From Antedon mediterranea (taxonomy: Eukaryota; Animalia; Echinodermata), in NCBI RefSeq assembly GCF_964355755.1, contig NC_092677.1:18684101-18748100 (forward strand): a DNA stretch of 64,000 nt, written 5' to 3'. A program made the position numbers and the translations under genes. The notes beneath the pieces are model-generated. The model had not been told where the DNA came from. It saw only the letters and a list, made by a program, of their open reading frames with translations, and did not search any database. Positions 11,679 through 21,430 of the stretch are shown here, piece by piece. The first letter of the stretch is position 1. The number at the start of each line of letters is the position of its first letter.

Positions 11679-14600
11679 TTATGCACGGCTTAATCCATCT
11701 GCATTTCCATTTAATGATCCTTTCTTGTAAATAACTTTAAATTTATATCCTTGTAAAAACAGAGCCCATCTCATAAGTCTAACATTGGCACCCTTCATTG
11801 AGTCCATCCATCTCAATGCCTGGTGGTCAGTATGAACTTGAAATTCCCAACCATACAGATAATACTTAAGTTTATTTATAGCCCAAACAATAGAGAGGCA
11901 CTCTTTTTCTGGCACAGAATATCTCTGCTCATGTACAGATAACTTTCTACTTAAATACACAATGGGATAATCATTACCCTCACCATCTATTTGGCTCAGC
12001 ACTGCACCTATGCCATAATTTGAGGCATCGGTTTGCAATATAAACATCTTATCAAAATTTGGGGCTTTTAATACATTATCATCAGTAAGTCGTTTCTTTA
12101 AGGTTACAAAGGCATTTTCACATTGTTCATTCCACTTAACGGTATTACTTTTACTCTTTAAAGTTAAATCAATCAATGGCTTAGCAATATCGGCATAGTT
12201 CTGTACAAATTTTCTGTAATAGCCAGTTAATCCGAGAAATGATCGGACTTGTTTCTTAGACAAAGGTCTGGGGAACTTTTCCACAGCCTCAACCTTATCA
12301 ATCATGGGTCTAATTTCTCCATTACCAATCTTATGCCCCAGAAATTCTACCTGAGCATAGGCAATTTTACATTTCAAAGGCTTTGCTGTCAATCCAGCAC
12401 TACTTAATCTTTCTAATACATCATTCAAATGAAAAATATGATCTTTCCAAGTTTGACTATAAATACATATGTCATCTATATATGCCTTAGCATATCCCTC
12501 AGTGCCTTGTAATCCCTTATCCATTAATCTTTGGAAAGTACTAGAGCTATTTTGCATACCAAATGGAAGTACATTGTAACAATACTGTCCAAATTGTGTA
12601 ATAAATGCTGATTTGTCTTTGGTCTTAGGATCCAGAGGCACCTGGTAAAATCCTTTAGTTAGATCTAACGTAGTTATGTATATTGCGGATGATACCTCAT
12701 CCAACATTTCGTCTATGCGAGGCATAACATAAGGGTCAAATTGTGTAGTCTTATTTAGTGATCTAAAATCTGTCACCATTCTAATTTGATTCTGGCCTTT
12801 CTTCAGGGCAATAATAGGTGCAGCATAGGCACTAACTGTAGGTTCTATTATACCCATAGCCAACATACTATCTAATTCCTCTTTCAATTTACCCTTTAAT
12901 GCTTGGGGCGTTCTATATGCCCTATGCCTTATAGGCATTTCACCATTAGTCTTAATTTCATGTGTCACTAAGTGGGTTCTACCTGGTACATCCGAGAATA
13001 CATTCTGTTGGTACTTTAACAATTCTGTTAATTGTTTAGTTTGTGTATCATTTAAATTACTACTAACGTTAACATCTCTCCATGTTTGTGATTGATGATA
13101 AGACAATCCTATGTCTATTTCACTATCTAACTCATTGTCATGGACTGTTTCATTTAAGTCTACTTCTTCTATCGACTGAACATTTGTTACTACATAATAA
13201 CCATCTTTACTTATTTCTACTTTATCATACCATCTCTTTAACATATTAACATGTAGAATTTGTTTTTCTTTTCTTCTACCTCCTATGTATATTTCATAAT
13301 TTACATCATTGACCTTTTTTGTAACAGTGAAGGGGCCTTGCCATTTACTGTCTAACTTACTATTTCCTACTGGAAGGAATATCAACACTTTGTCCCCTTC
13401 TACAAATTCTCTATCAATAGCATTCTTGTTATAATTTTGGGACATAATTTCTTGTTGTTCAAATTTGTTTACATTAGCATCTTTCATTAATTCCTCCATT
13501 TTTTCTCTTATGTCTAACATGTATTTGATAACGTCAGTAGATGTTTCTTCATCTTCTACCCAATTACTTTTGAGTAAACTCAAGAGTCCCCTCACCTCTC
13601 TACCATAAAGCAATTTAAAAGGTGAATGGCCCGTCGCTTTACTAGGAACTTCTCTGTATGCAAACAGAAAGGGGGGTATGTAGTTATCCCAATTTTTTCT
13701 TTGCTTAACTGTAAGTGTCCTTATCATATTTTTCAATGTACCCTGAAATCTTTCAACAAGCCCATTGCTTTGGGGGTGGTACACTGTAGTCTTTAATTGA
13801 TTAATCCCCAACATACTACATATAGATTGCATAATTGAAGACATGAAATTAGTTCCTTGATCATGTACAATCTCTTCGGGTAATCCTACTCTAGTAAAGA
13901 CTTCTATTAGAGCCCTGGCTACTGTTTCAGCTCTAACATTGGGTAACGGGATAGCATCCGGATATCTCGTAGCATAGTCAATTATAGTAAGCATATATTT
14001 GTTATTACGGCTTGTTCTAGATAAGGGTCCAACAATGTCTATCGCTATACGTTTAAATGGTGTACTTATAATCGGTAATGGTATCAAAGTATGTTTCCTT
14101 TTACTTTTACCCTTATCTACCTTTTGGCATTCCTTACAGACTTTACAATAGACTACCACATCTTTAAATATACCTGGCCAATAGAATTGGTTCAGGACCC
14201 TACTTTTAGTTTTCTCAACACCCATGTGACCTGCAAATGGCACATTATGACCTAAGTGTAATACACCCTGTCTACACTGAGTGGGTAATACAATCTGTTC
14301 CACTTGGTTATTCTTATCTTTAATACTACTCCAATTTCTCATCAATATACCTTGTCTCATAAAGAAACATACCCTATGCTGACCTATTTCTTCTATAGGG
14401 ACCACCCTGTCAAACACTCCTTTGAGTGAGTCATCCTTAGTTTGCAATTTGATCAGTTCTTGTTTAGTTAGGTTCAGCTTGTGCTGTTGTTCATAAGTTT
14501 TATGTTTGACTGTTTTATCTTTAGCTTTATCCTCATTTTCGTCAAACAAATTATTCATTTCTGTTCCATTCATATCATCTAAACACTTAGTTTTATTTAC

Positions 14601-15899
14601 TTTGTTGTCATTTACTACTGTTTTCAACAATTGTACATTAGTTTCTTTAGGCGGCTCTTCTATCGGCTTAAAGTTACTATCTTTCCCTAACAATATCATT
14701 TCGTCTTGTATTCTAACATCATTTTCAATTCTGGCTTGCTCCCTAGTTAGGACGAACATTTCTTTAGCCATTGTTTCCCCACAATTCTGGTCCAAATCAT
14801 GACCCAATAACATGTCCCTCTGTAATCCTTCGATTACGGCTACAATCACTTTTCCTGTCACTATCTTACTTTCTATAGCTACCTCAGCTAAGGGGACGGT
14901 AATATCGCCTCCTATACCTCTTAACGTAACCCATTTTCCTGGCAAGTAACATTTGTTAGGCACTAGACTTTCCTTAACAGTTGACTGGGTACATCCCGAG
15001 TCTCTTAGCATAGTTATATCCTGTCCTTCTAATTGTCCTGTTATTATACACTTCTCCATTTTATTTTCTACACTATCCATAACTACTTGGGGTCTATCTG
15101 ATTTTATTCCTTCACATCTTAAGCCATCTTTCACATTCGGGCCCTTCTTAGTGTCACTAGTCTTTCCTTTTGCTACCATCTTAGGACAATCCCCTATTTT
15201 ATGTCCCTTCTCCTTACAATTAAAGCATAGGCCATTAATCCATTCATTTGAAGGTTCTCTCTGTTGGAAATTTCTACCATAGTTATGGAATTTGCCTCTT
15301 CTTCCGCGATACCTATTGTATCCTTGCTGCCTAGCTCCAGGGTTATTCTGAGTCGTACTATTCTTATGTTTACTATTTTCTTGGCCCTTATAATACGTAG
15401 GCTTATTTTCAGAATTTACGGCATTCCAATAGCCACGGCCACCTCTATTAGCTATATAAACATCGGCTATCCTAGCCATATCATAGCTCTTATTTACTTG
15501 TTTATCTCTAAGATAAAGCCTCAAATCTTCAGGCATTTTATCAAGTGCCTGTTCCATTATAATCATTTCAATAATGCCTGCAGCATCATCTTCTTTTACA
15601 TTAGCACATTTCATCCAACATTTTAAATAATGGGAGAGCTCATTCAGCCATTCCCTGATGGACATATCTTTAACTCTGTTTGAATTTCTAAATTTAAATC
15701 TGTAAGTCTCTGCGGACACATCATACTTTTCTAAGATTGCCTTCTTTAAGGTATCATAATCTACACATTCTTTTACGGTTAAGGATGCATATGCTGTCCT
15801 AGCTTTACCAGACAGTTCAGGTGCTAACCTAGCGGACCACGTATTCTTATCCCAACCTGTGGCTTCTGCCAAGTGTTCAAAAATATATATCAATATCAT
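11679..15899 (-). CDS. Gag(C-part)-Pol polyprotein: SCAN-like capsid, CCHC knuckle, aspartic protease, integrase, RT, RNase H
   Basis: AETYRFKFR..EMIIMEQALDKMP (SCAN-like); CFNCKEKGHKIGDC; RDSGC; H..H..CKVCKEC; IAIDIVGP/DQG/NGLVERF (DDE); WQGPF; LDLTKGFYQV; YIDDI; TDAS; NGNADGLSR. Confidence 0.95.
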   Translation of the reverse strand: MILIYIFEHLAEATGWDKNTWSARLAPELSGKARTAYASLTVKECVDYDTLKKAILEKYDVSAETYRFKFRNSNRVKDMSIREWLNELSHYLKCWMKCANVKEDDAAGIIEMIIMEQALDKMPEDLRLYLRDKQVNKSYDMARIADVYIANRGGRGYWNAVNSENKPTYYKGQENSKHKNSTTQNNPGARQQGYNRYRGRRGKFHNYGRNFQQREPSNEWINGLCFNCKEKGHKIGDCPKMVAKGKTSDTKKGPNVKDGLRCEGIKSDRPQVVMDSVENKMEKCIITGQLEGQDITMLRDSGCTQSTVKESLVPNKCYLPGKWVTLRGIGGDITVPLAEVAIESKIVTGKVIVAVIEGLQRDMLLGHDLDQNCGETMAKEMFVLTREQARIENDVRIQDEMILLGKDSNFKPIEEPPKETNVQLLKTVVNDNKVNKTKCLDDMNGTEMNNLFDENEDKAKDKTVKHKTYEQQHKLNLTKQELIKLQTKDDSLKGVFDRVVPIEEIGQHRVCFFMRQGILMRNWSSIKDKNNQVEQIVLPTQCRQGVLHLGHNVPFAGHMGVEKTKSRVLNQFYWPGIFKDVVVYCKVCKECQKVDKGKSKRKHTLIPLPIISTPFKRIAIDIVGPLSRTSRNNKYMLTIIDYATRYPDAIPLPNVRAETVARALIEVFTRVGLPEEIVHDQGTNFMSSIMQSICSMLGINQLKTTVYHPQSNGLVERFQGTLKNMIRTLTVKQRKNWDNYIPPFLFAYREVPSKATGHSPFKLLYGREVRGLLSLLKSNWVEDEETSTDVIKYMLDIREKMEELMKDANVNKFEQQEIMSQNYNKNAIDREFVEGDKVLIFLPVGNSKLDSKWQGPFTVTKKVNDVNYEIYIGGRRKEKQILHVNMLKRWYDKVEISKDGYYVVTNVQSIEEVDLNETVHDNELDSEIDIGLSYHQSQTWRDVNVSSNLNDTQTKQLTELLKYQQNVFSDVPGRTHLVTHEIKTNGEMPIRHRAYRTPQALKGKLKEELDSMLAMGIIEPTVSAYAAPIIALKKGQNQIRMVTDFRSLNKTTQFDPYVMPRIDEMLDEVSSAIYITTLDLTKGFYQVPLDPKTKDKSAFITQFGQYCYNVLPFGMQNSSSTFQRLMDKGLQGTEGYAKAYIDDICIYSQTWKDHIFHLNDVLERLSSAGLTAKPLKCKIAYAQVEFLGHKIGNGEIRPMIDKVEAVEKFPRPLSKKQVRSFLGLTGYYRKFVQNYADIAKPLIDLTLKSKSNTVKWNEQCENAFVTLKKRLTDDNVLKAPNFDKMFILQTDASNYGIGAVLSQIDGEGNDYPIVYLSRKLSVHEQRYSVPEKECLSIVWAINKLKYYLYGWEFQVHTDHQALRWMDSMKGANVRLMRWALFLQGYKFKVIYKKGSLNGNADGLSRA

Positions 15900-16248
15900 C
15901 TGATTCCTTCAAAGTAGGAACCTTTACCTTCATTTCGTCTACTATATTCCTAGCATTACTGTAGCTAGACCTATTTTCTAATTCCATCATTTTCACTCTT
16001 TCTTGTGATTCAATTTTTCTTAGCTCTATATCTAACTTTTTGTTTTCGGCCTCGAACTTCATTCGAAAATATTCGAGCATCATATCTTTAGGCATACCGC
16101 CGGGTATTTCGGGCAAATCAATATCCCTAGCCATTTTATCATATATTTCATTGACTTGGTCAACCTCTTCTTGGTCAACCATATCTTCCCTAGCATCTTT
16201 TTCTGACATAGTCTTATCTATATTTTTACCCGATCTTAAAGTTGTCAT
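15877..16248 (-). CDS. Gag N-terminus, frameshifted from the main ORF
   Basis: MTTLRSGK.. coiled coil ..VPTLKESDDIDIYF joins FEHLA in another frame. A small deletion near 15880 is the likely cause. Confidence 0.8.
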   Translation of the reverse strand: MTTLRSGKNIDKTMSEKDAREDMVDQEEVDQVNEIYDKMARDIDLPEIPGGMPKDMMLEYFRMKFEAENKKLDIELRKIESQERVKMMELENRSSYSNARNIVDEMKVKVPTLKESDDIDIYF

Positions 16249-16633
16249 GCTAATAACAATTTTACTAATGAAATATGTAAACTTATGTATACAAAATATG
16301 TTATAAAAGTATTTGTATTACCTTGATTAATATGAAATCCACATAAATTTTTAAATTCAATACAATCTAAGACATTAATTTACTTCAAAGTCACAAACAA
16401 CGTTCCAAGTTCGCTCCGTACAAAAATTTACTTTCGAAATAAAAATAGTTTACAAAGTCAGATTTGCAAATCTTCTCAAAATTTTCTGGGCTTCCTTCTG
16501 TTACTTCAGTCTTCTTTCAGATCTCGGTGAATATATATCTTTCCGATGAATATCCAGCAGTCTTGAGTAGGTACCTTGAGCTCAACAGTACTTCTTCTTC
16601 GTTGTAATATCCAAACAACGCACGGTATAAAAA

Positions 16634-16808
16634 CGTTTATCTATTACAATATTCTACTTTTATACTGGATATGCAAATTTTAGGCTTCAGAGGAGGATAA
16701 CATTTTCCCTCCAAAAATTATACGATTTTGATTGGCTAATAATAAGGCGGACCTGGTCTAAAGCATCCTTCTCTAAACACAGAGAATCACAACATCAATA
16801 ATATGACA
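16634..16808 (-). repeat. Truncated 5' LTR (U3 part only)
   Basis: Matches 11408-11577 with a handful of differences; similarity stops about 25-30 bp past the TATA; no PBS found. Confidence 0.85.
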
Positions 16809-17505
16809 ACATATTTTAAACATATTTAACAGAATAATTGGTTAAGAAATTATCTATTAGACAACACAATAATACAGAGCATTCAAGTAGTTAGACATGT
16901 GTAGGGGTACAGTTATTATAGAACACAATTAAGAGTACATTGTAGTTTGATCTATTGGTTGTAGGATAAATTTAAACACAGCAATGCAGTTCAGTTTAGT
17001 TAGTTGCTTAAGGACAAAGTTAAACAAAGGAATTCAGTTTAGTTTTGTTAGTTCTTACAACAAAATTAAAGAGAGGAATGCAGTTTAATTTAGTTAGTTG
17101 TTTAGAGCAAAATAAAAAACAGCAAATCTAACACTATAATTGGTTAAGAACTTTTAGACAAAACAATTATACATGGTACAGTTATTATAGAACACAATAA
17201 GGAGTAAATATTTTAGACAAATCTGAAGTATAATTAGTTAAGAAATTCTATATGAACCAACCCAATAATACAGGACATTCAAGTTGTTAGACATGTGTAG
17301 GGGTACAGTTATTATAGAGCACAATTAAGACTCGAGTACATATTTACAAATCTAACAGTATAATTTGGTTGAGAAATCATCTAATAGACAGCACAATAAT
17401 ACAGGAAATTCTAGTAGTTCACATTTGTAGGGAGGGGTACAGATATTATAGAACACAATTAGGAGTACATATTTTAGAAAAATCTAACATTAAAACTGGT
17501 TGAGT
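16809..17505. repeat. Degenerate ~100-120-bp tandem repeats (plus ~50-bp subrepeats) in the 3' UTR of the Mag-like element
   Basis: Recurrent ggggtacagttattatagaacacaattaagagtacat (about 16903, 17175, 17300, 17434) and gcagtt(c)agtttagttagttg units at 16980-17120. Confidence 0.75.
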
Positions 17506-17776
17506 CAAAAAACAAATTTAAAAAATTTTAAATTACTTGTCATCTATGTAACGTAAACCTCATAAATTATCTGCAATATCAATATTATACAACTATTAAA
17601 GATAATTCAAGCTAATCCCTAATACTCAAGTAATCTTCTAACAGAGTAGCATACAATTTTAATCATGAACCCCTACTGCCGATGTCGGCAAATGACATGG
17701 ATTTCCATGTTTCCCTTTATTCAATCTACTTGATCGTCTAAACCCTTTATCCCTATCTTCAATATTCTTAACTTGA

Positions 17777-17912
17777 TTTTCTATCTCCTTGTTCTCTACA
17801 GAAGTAATCATATTGTCTATCTCTTCGTTTTCTACAGAAATAATCATATTGTCTATCTCTTTGTTTTCTACAGAAATAATCATATTGTCTATCTCTTTGT
17901 TTTCTACAGAAG
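17777..17912 (-). repeat. 36-bp coding minisatellite (SVENKEIDNMII) x ~4 in the integrase C-terminal tail
   Basis: tctacagaa at 17795, 17831, 17867 and 17903; ORF 17659-17922 ends with RRSSRLNKGKHGNP, typical of a Mag-like Pol tail. Confidence 0.85.
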
Positions 17913-19499
17913 GAGTAAACATTGTAACAAAGCATCACCCTCATCATCTTCTTCTTCACTACCCTCACTATTCTCATCTGATACAAATATAGGAAGATGA
18001 TCTTCCAAGACATCTGATTCCTGGCCACGTGGATCAAGGTGCAATTGACGTCGATTTACCAATTTGGAAATTCCACCCATTGCTGGTCTAACTTCATAAA
18101 TATCCTGTTCTTCATTCATGTCTATAATCACATGAGTTACTTCTTGAAATTTATCTGATAACTTATGACGTCCAGTAAACGCATTTCGTTTCAACAACAC
18201 TCTATTCCCAACCTCCAATTTAAAGTCTGTAGTGCGACCATCATGTCGTGCGGCTTCTCGGTTTGCTGCCTCTTTTTGTTCATCTTCCGTCTTAAAAACA
18301 GCTGCCTTCCCTGTTTGTTTGTTGGTCATCCCTGTAGTTACCGCGTGTAAAGGTACCGCGATTCTTGGAATCAACGATGGATTAATCCTTCTATATGGAA
18401 ATCTAATTAGTGGTCCTTCTGTAACTTTGATTTGGTGAGAAATCACAGCACATCTACCAACGTCTATGATTCCCTTAGAGAAAACGTCTTCATTCTTTTG
18501 CATATCTGACAATTCTTCATGTGAAAATGACGGCAACACTGTTGGTACAACAGAATTTACTTCTATGGAACCACCTTCAACTTTTGTCATCAAACAGGAT
18601 GCGATCACGTTCAGGTCACTTTTTAACTCCGAGGAATTAACACAGGTATTACTTGGACAACGACTCAGTGCATCTGCACATTTGTTATGAACATCACTCT
18701 CATTCATCACTTTGCTCGACGCTAATAACATTTTATCCTCCTCTGACGCAAGTATGATTTTGTATTTCCGAATAGCTGGTACCACATCCTTACTGCTCTG
18801 TATTGGCGAATTCACTAAATGTCTAAGAATATTGCAGCCGATTACAAGAGGATACTTGGTGTCCTTCTGTGTACAAGACTGATCTGATACTACTAGAAAA
18901 CTTCCCATCAAGTTCTGACCATTCACTTCAATCGGTACCTCGATGTAGCCTTTAATTGGGATTTCAATCCCGCCTACTCCAATAACATTTAGGAATATTC
19001 CAGATGCGGGCTGTAATTCACCAAGATTCTTTTTTAGTTTATCGTGATACAGTGACGATGGTATAATCGATGCTTCTGCACCCGTGTCGAAAATGCAACC
19101 CAGCATGATGCCTCCGATTTCCACATCACCACAAGGACTTTTTGCGACCAGTCGATCTACCAACTCTGTATTTTCCATTGGTGTGGTTGACATCCGCTTT
19201 GTCCCCGGTCCTTTAGCTTCCTTCTCTTTAGGTTTCTCCGGACAGTTTCTACTGTAATGCCCTCTTCCTTTACAATTAAAACACAATGTCTCCTCTGTAC
19301 AGTCTGTCTTTGCATGTCCCTTTTTGCCACAATTGTAACACTTTAACTCTTTAGCTCGTTCCATGTCAGCATTCTGAATATTTATCAAGCTCTGGACACT
19401 CTTCGTTAGCATCGCTACGTCATTTTTTAATGCAGCAATTTCTTCTTTTAGTGCTGGTTCTTCTACCCTTCTTGCTTCTACTGAATGTTCCATAGACAC
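17904..19499 (-). CDS. Gag C-terminus (2x CCHC), aspartic protease and in-frame fused pol fragments
   Basis: CYNCGKKGHAKTDC, CFNCKGRGHYSRNC, FDTGAEASII, IGCNIL; then HNKCADALSR, DVFSK..PYRRI, RIAVPLH and LEVGNRVLLK..HKLSDKF. No RT YxDD or IN DDE core. Confidence 0.85.
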   Translation of the reverse strand: MSMEHSVEARRVEEPALKEEIAALKNDVAMLTKSVQSLINIQNADMERAKELKCYNCGKKGHAKTDCTEETLCFNCKGRGHYSRNCPEKPKEKEAKGPGTKRMSTTPMENTELVDRLVAKSPCGDVEIGGIMLGCIFDTGAEASIIPSSLYHDKLKKNLGELQPASGIFLNVIGVGGIEIPIKGYIEVPIEVNGQNLMGSFLVVSDQSCTQKDTKYPLVIGCNILRHLVNSPIQSSKDVVPAIRKYKIILASEEDKMLLASSKVMNESDVHNKCADALSRCPSNTCVNSSELKSDLNVIASCLMTKVEGGSIEVNSVVPTVLPSFSHEELSDMQKNEDVFSKGIIDVGRCAVISHQIKVTEGPLIRFPYRRINPSLIPRIAVPLHAVTTGMTNKQTGKAAVFKTEDEQKEAANREAARHDGRTTDFKLEVGNRVLLKRNAFTGRHKLSDKFQEVTHVIIDMNEEQDIYEVRPAMGGISKLVNRRQLHLDPRGQESDVLEDHLPIFVSDENSEGSEEEDDEGDALLQCLLLL

Positions 19500-19536
19500 C
19501 TCACAAACTCTGGCCTGATGCCTTGGCTCTTCATCC

Positions 19537-20169
19537 TTAAAAAAATTGTAACACTTCCTCCCGCATTTCCAAAAATGTCTTATCTTTACACTGCATTTCT
19601 ATTCTCCTTAGTTCTCTCCTAACCCAACCTTCTTTGGCACCATGAACAAATCTTTCCTTCAATGTATAATCCCTCAGCCTCTTCAAAGCATCCTTATCTT
19701 CTTCTACTGCAGCTGCCTTTACCATCTTTGTATATAATCTCATTAGAACACGGCTAAAATCTGCTAGCGACTCAACATCTTTTTGGTTCCGGTTGTGGAA
19801 TTCTCGAGTTAGAGAAGGTACTGTTTCTATTGGTCCGAACAAAGACTTTAACACTGTCACTATTTGGTCATAGTCTTCTCTCACATTTCCTTCTCTGCAA
19901 AGAATCTCTTCTTTCGCTGAACCTGCTAGATGATCCAATAATGACTGCGCTTTTGCTTTTCCTGTCAGGTTATAGTGGTTGGCATAACTCTGAAAGTCAT
20001 CTAACCATTCTTTTAGTGACAAATCTCCATTTGCTTTTGTAGACCCTCTATACTTGGCTATTTTCATCGGAGGTGGAGCTTGCTGAACTCTTAACCCTTG
20101 TAGGACATCAGTCAAAGCCTGCATCATCCCCTGCATGGACGCTTGATCTTCAGCTGGTTCTTCTGCCAT
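19537..20169 (-). CDS. Gag capsid (Mag/PNMA-like) N-terminal part
   Basis: KYRG..EWLDDF..LLDHLAGSAKEEI..RNQKDVESLADFSRVL..LKERFVHG. Removing one T from the T7 run at ~19539-19545 restores continuity with 17904-19499. Confidence 0.85.
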   Translation of the reverse strand: MAEEPAEDQASMQGMMQALTDVLQGLRVQQAPPPMKIAKYRGSTKANGDLSLKEWLDDFQSYANHYNLTGKAKAQSLLDHLAGSAKEEILCREGNVREDYDQIVTVLKSLFGPIETVPSLTREFHNRNQKDVESLADFSRVLMRLYTKMVKAAAVEEDKDALKRLRDYTLKERFVHGAKEGWVRRELRRIEMQCKDKTFLEMREEVLQFF

Positions 20170-20804
20170 AATTTCAGACTGAGCTCTTACAGTACAAATA
20201 AATTCTTATTACACAATATTATATACTACTGAGCTTATCTCTAACATGTACCTTAATGCACCAAAATCTTAAAAAACATCTATCGGGTAATGTATATAAT
20301 TTTTGTTTTTACCCTTATTCTACCATAAATATTACACTTATACCATCAATCAATCAAAATAATTCCAATCAATCAACAAATAAAAATGTTTCATAAATAT
20401 AGTGCTTAAAAGTCAAAATAGTTCTAGCTTCAACAATACAGTATTATTAGTCCAAATCTTGATAGGTGGCGTCCTTCACAATCAAAATATCTACACAAAA
20501 GTATATCCACACGTAACTCGATCTCTTATTCCAAATTAGAATTAATACTATAGTTCAATCATAACTAGGTGGCGCACTTCACAATCGCCGAACTGTCATT
20601 AAACAAAAACACTGCAACGGTAAAACACAACAATCCGTTATATCACACGTACGCCACGTCGTAAAATCCTTCCTTTTAATTATAAATGAATCGCTAAACC
20701 GCTTCCTAGTTTACTTTCGGAAATGTCAATAATCGTAATCGGGATCTAGGCCTATGCTAGAAGTTTACAAATATGGTAATTGTACAGTACTTACAAACTG
20801 CTAC

Positions 20805-20822
20805 ATCCCATCCTCGTCGCCA
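20805..20822 (-). promoter_or_regulatory. Primer binding site complementary to the tRNA-Ser(GCU) 3' end
   Basis: Minus strand TGGCGACGAGGATGGGAT is the complement of ATCCCATCCTCGTCG-CCA; it lies 2 nt from the LTR end at 20825. Confidence 0.88.
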
Positions 20823-21430
20823 TTTGTCGTAATGTGGGGGTGTGGGAGTTATCAATATGTATAGCCCCTCAGATCGTAAAGAATCCAAATAAAGTGAATA
20901 CGATTAAGTATAAAATTTTGCAACAGTTTAATAAGTAGTACAAAACAGTATCAACAATTCTTTGTCTTGAACTAAAACAATTCCAATATCAGTAACACTT
21001 CAACCATGGCAAGCTTCAACGATCTTGATCCGTTGATAACAACAAATTAACAAACTTTTCGTATAGTAATCTACTCTAAATCTATGAAATCCTTTACAAT
21101 CCATGTAAGTTCAAACTACAGTAAACATCTTCACACTCGAATTCTATTTCCAACGTCGTATTATACCTCTTAAACACCAAATTATTAACTAACAAGTAAT
21201 ATAAACATCATTACTCGGAAATGTCCATTCAACATGTCTGTGAAGTTGGTTACTAGTTCCTAGTTCCTAGTTCCTTATTCAAATTCAATTAAAGGGACAG
21301 TCACAAATATTTTTTAAAAAACAGATTTTAATACGTAATAACTGTCTAATTGAGTTGTTATTGCACCAACATGTTAGCCTTGACCTCCTCTACTTCTTCC
21401 GGTCAAAGTTTAATAACATTTTATGCATTT

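Larger units (their letters stand above)
11186..16808 (-). mobile_element. Gmr1-like Ty3/Gypsy LTR retrotransposon (integrase upstream of RT)
   Basis: Complete 3' LTR (TGTCATA..CTACA on -), polypurine tract, gag-pol with PR-IN-RT-RH order, and a partial 5' LTR at 16634-16808. Confidence 0.92.
16809..21233 (-). mobile_element. Non-autonomous Mag-like Gypsy LTR retrotransposon (3' LTR missing, pol deleted and rearranged)
   Basis: gag, double CCHC knuckle, protease FDTGA, pol fragments, PBS to tRNA-Ser at 20805-20822, and LTR end TGTCG at 20825. Confidence 0.85.

Noticed and set aside
15870-15900. Programmed frameshift in the Gmr1 gag
   Set aside because: The conserved DDI..YL..FE motif is short by a few residues, which indicates a small deletion.
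14506-18690. Plus-strand ORFs overlapping gag-pol genes
   Set aside because: Antisense shadows of codon-biased retroelement ORFs with no recognisable motifs.
19530-19550. Programmed ribosomal frameshift at the T7 run in the Mag-like gag
   Set aside because: Continuity needs removal of one T (a +1 shift) in mid-gag, not the -1 gag-pol shift; a homopolymer indel or sequencing error is simpler.
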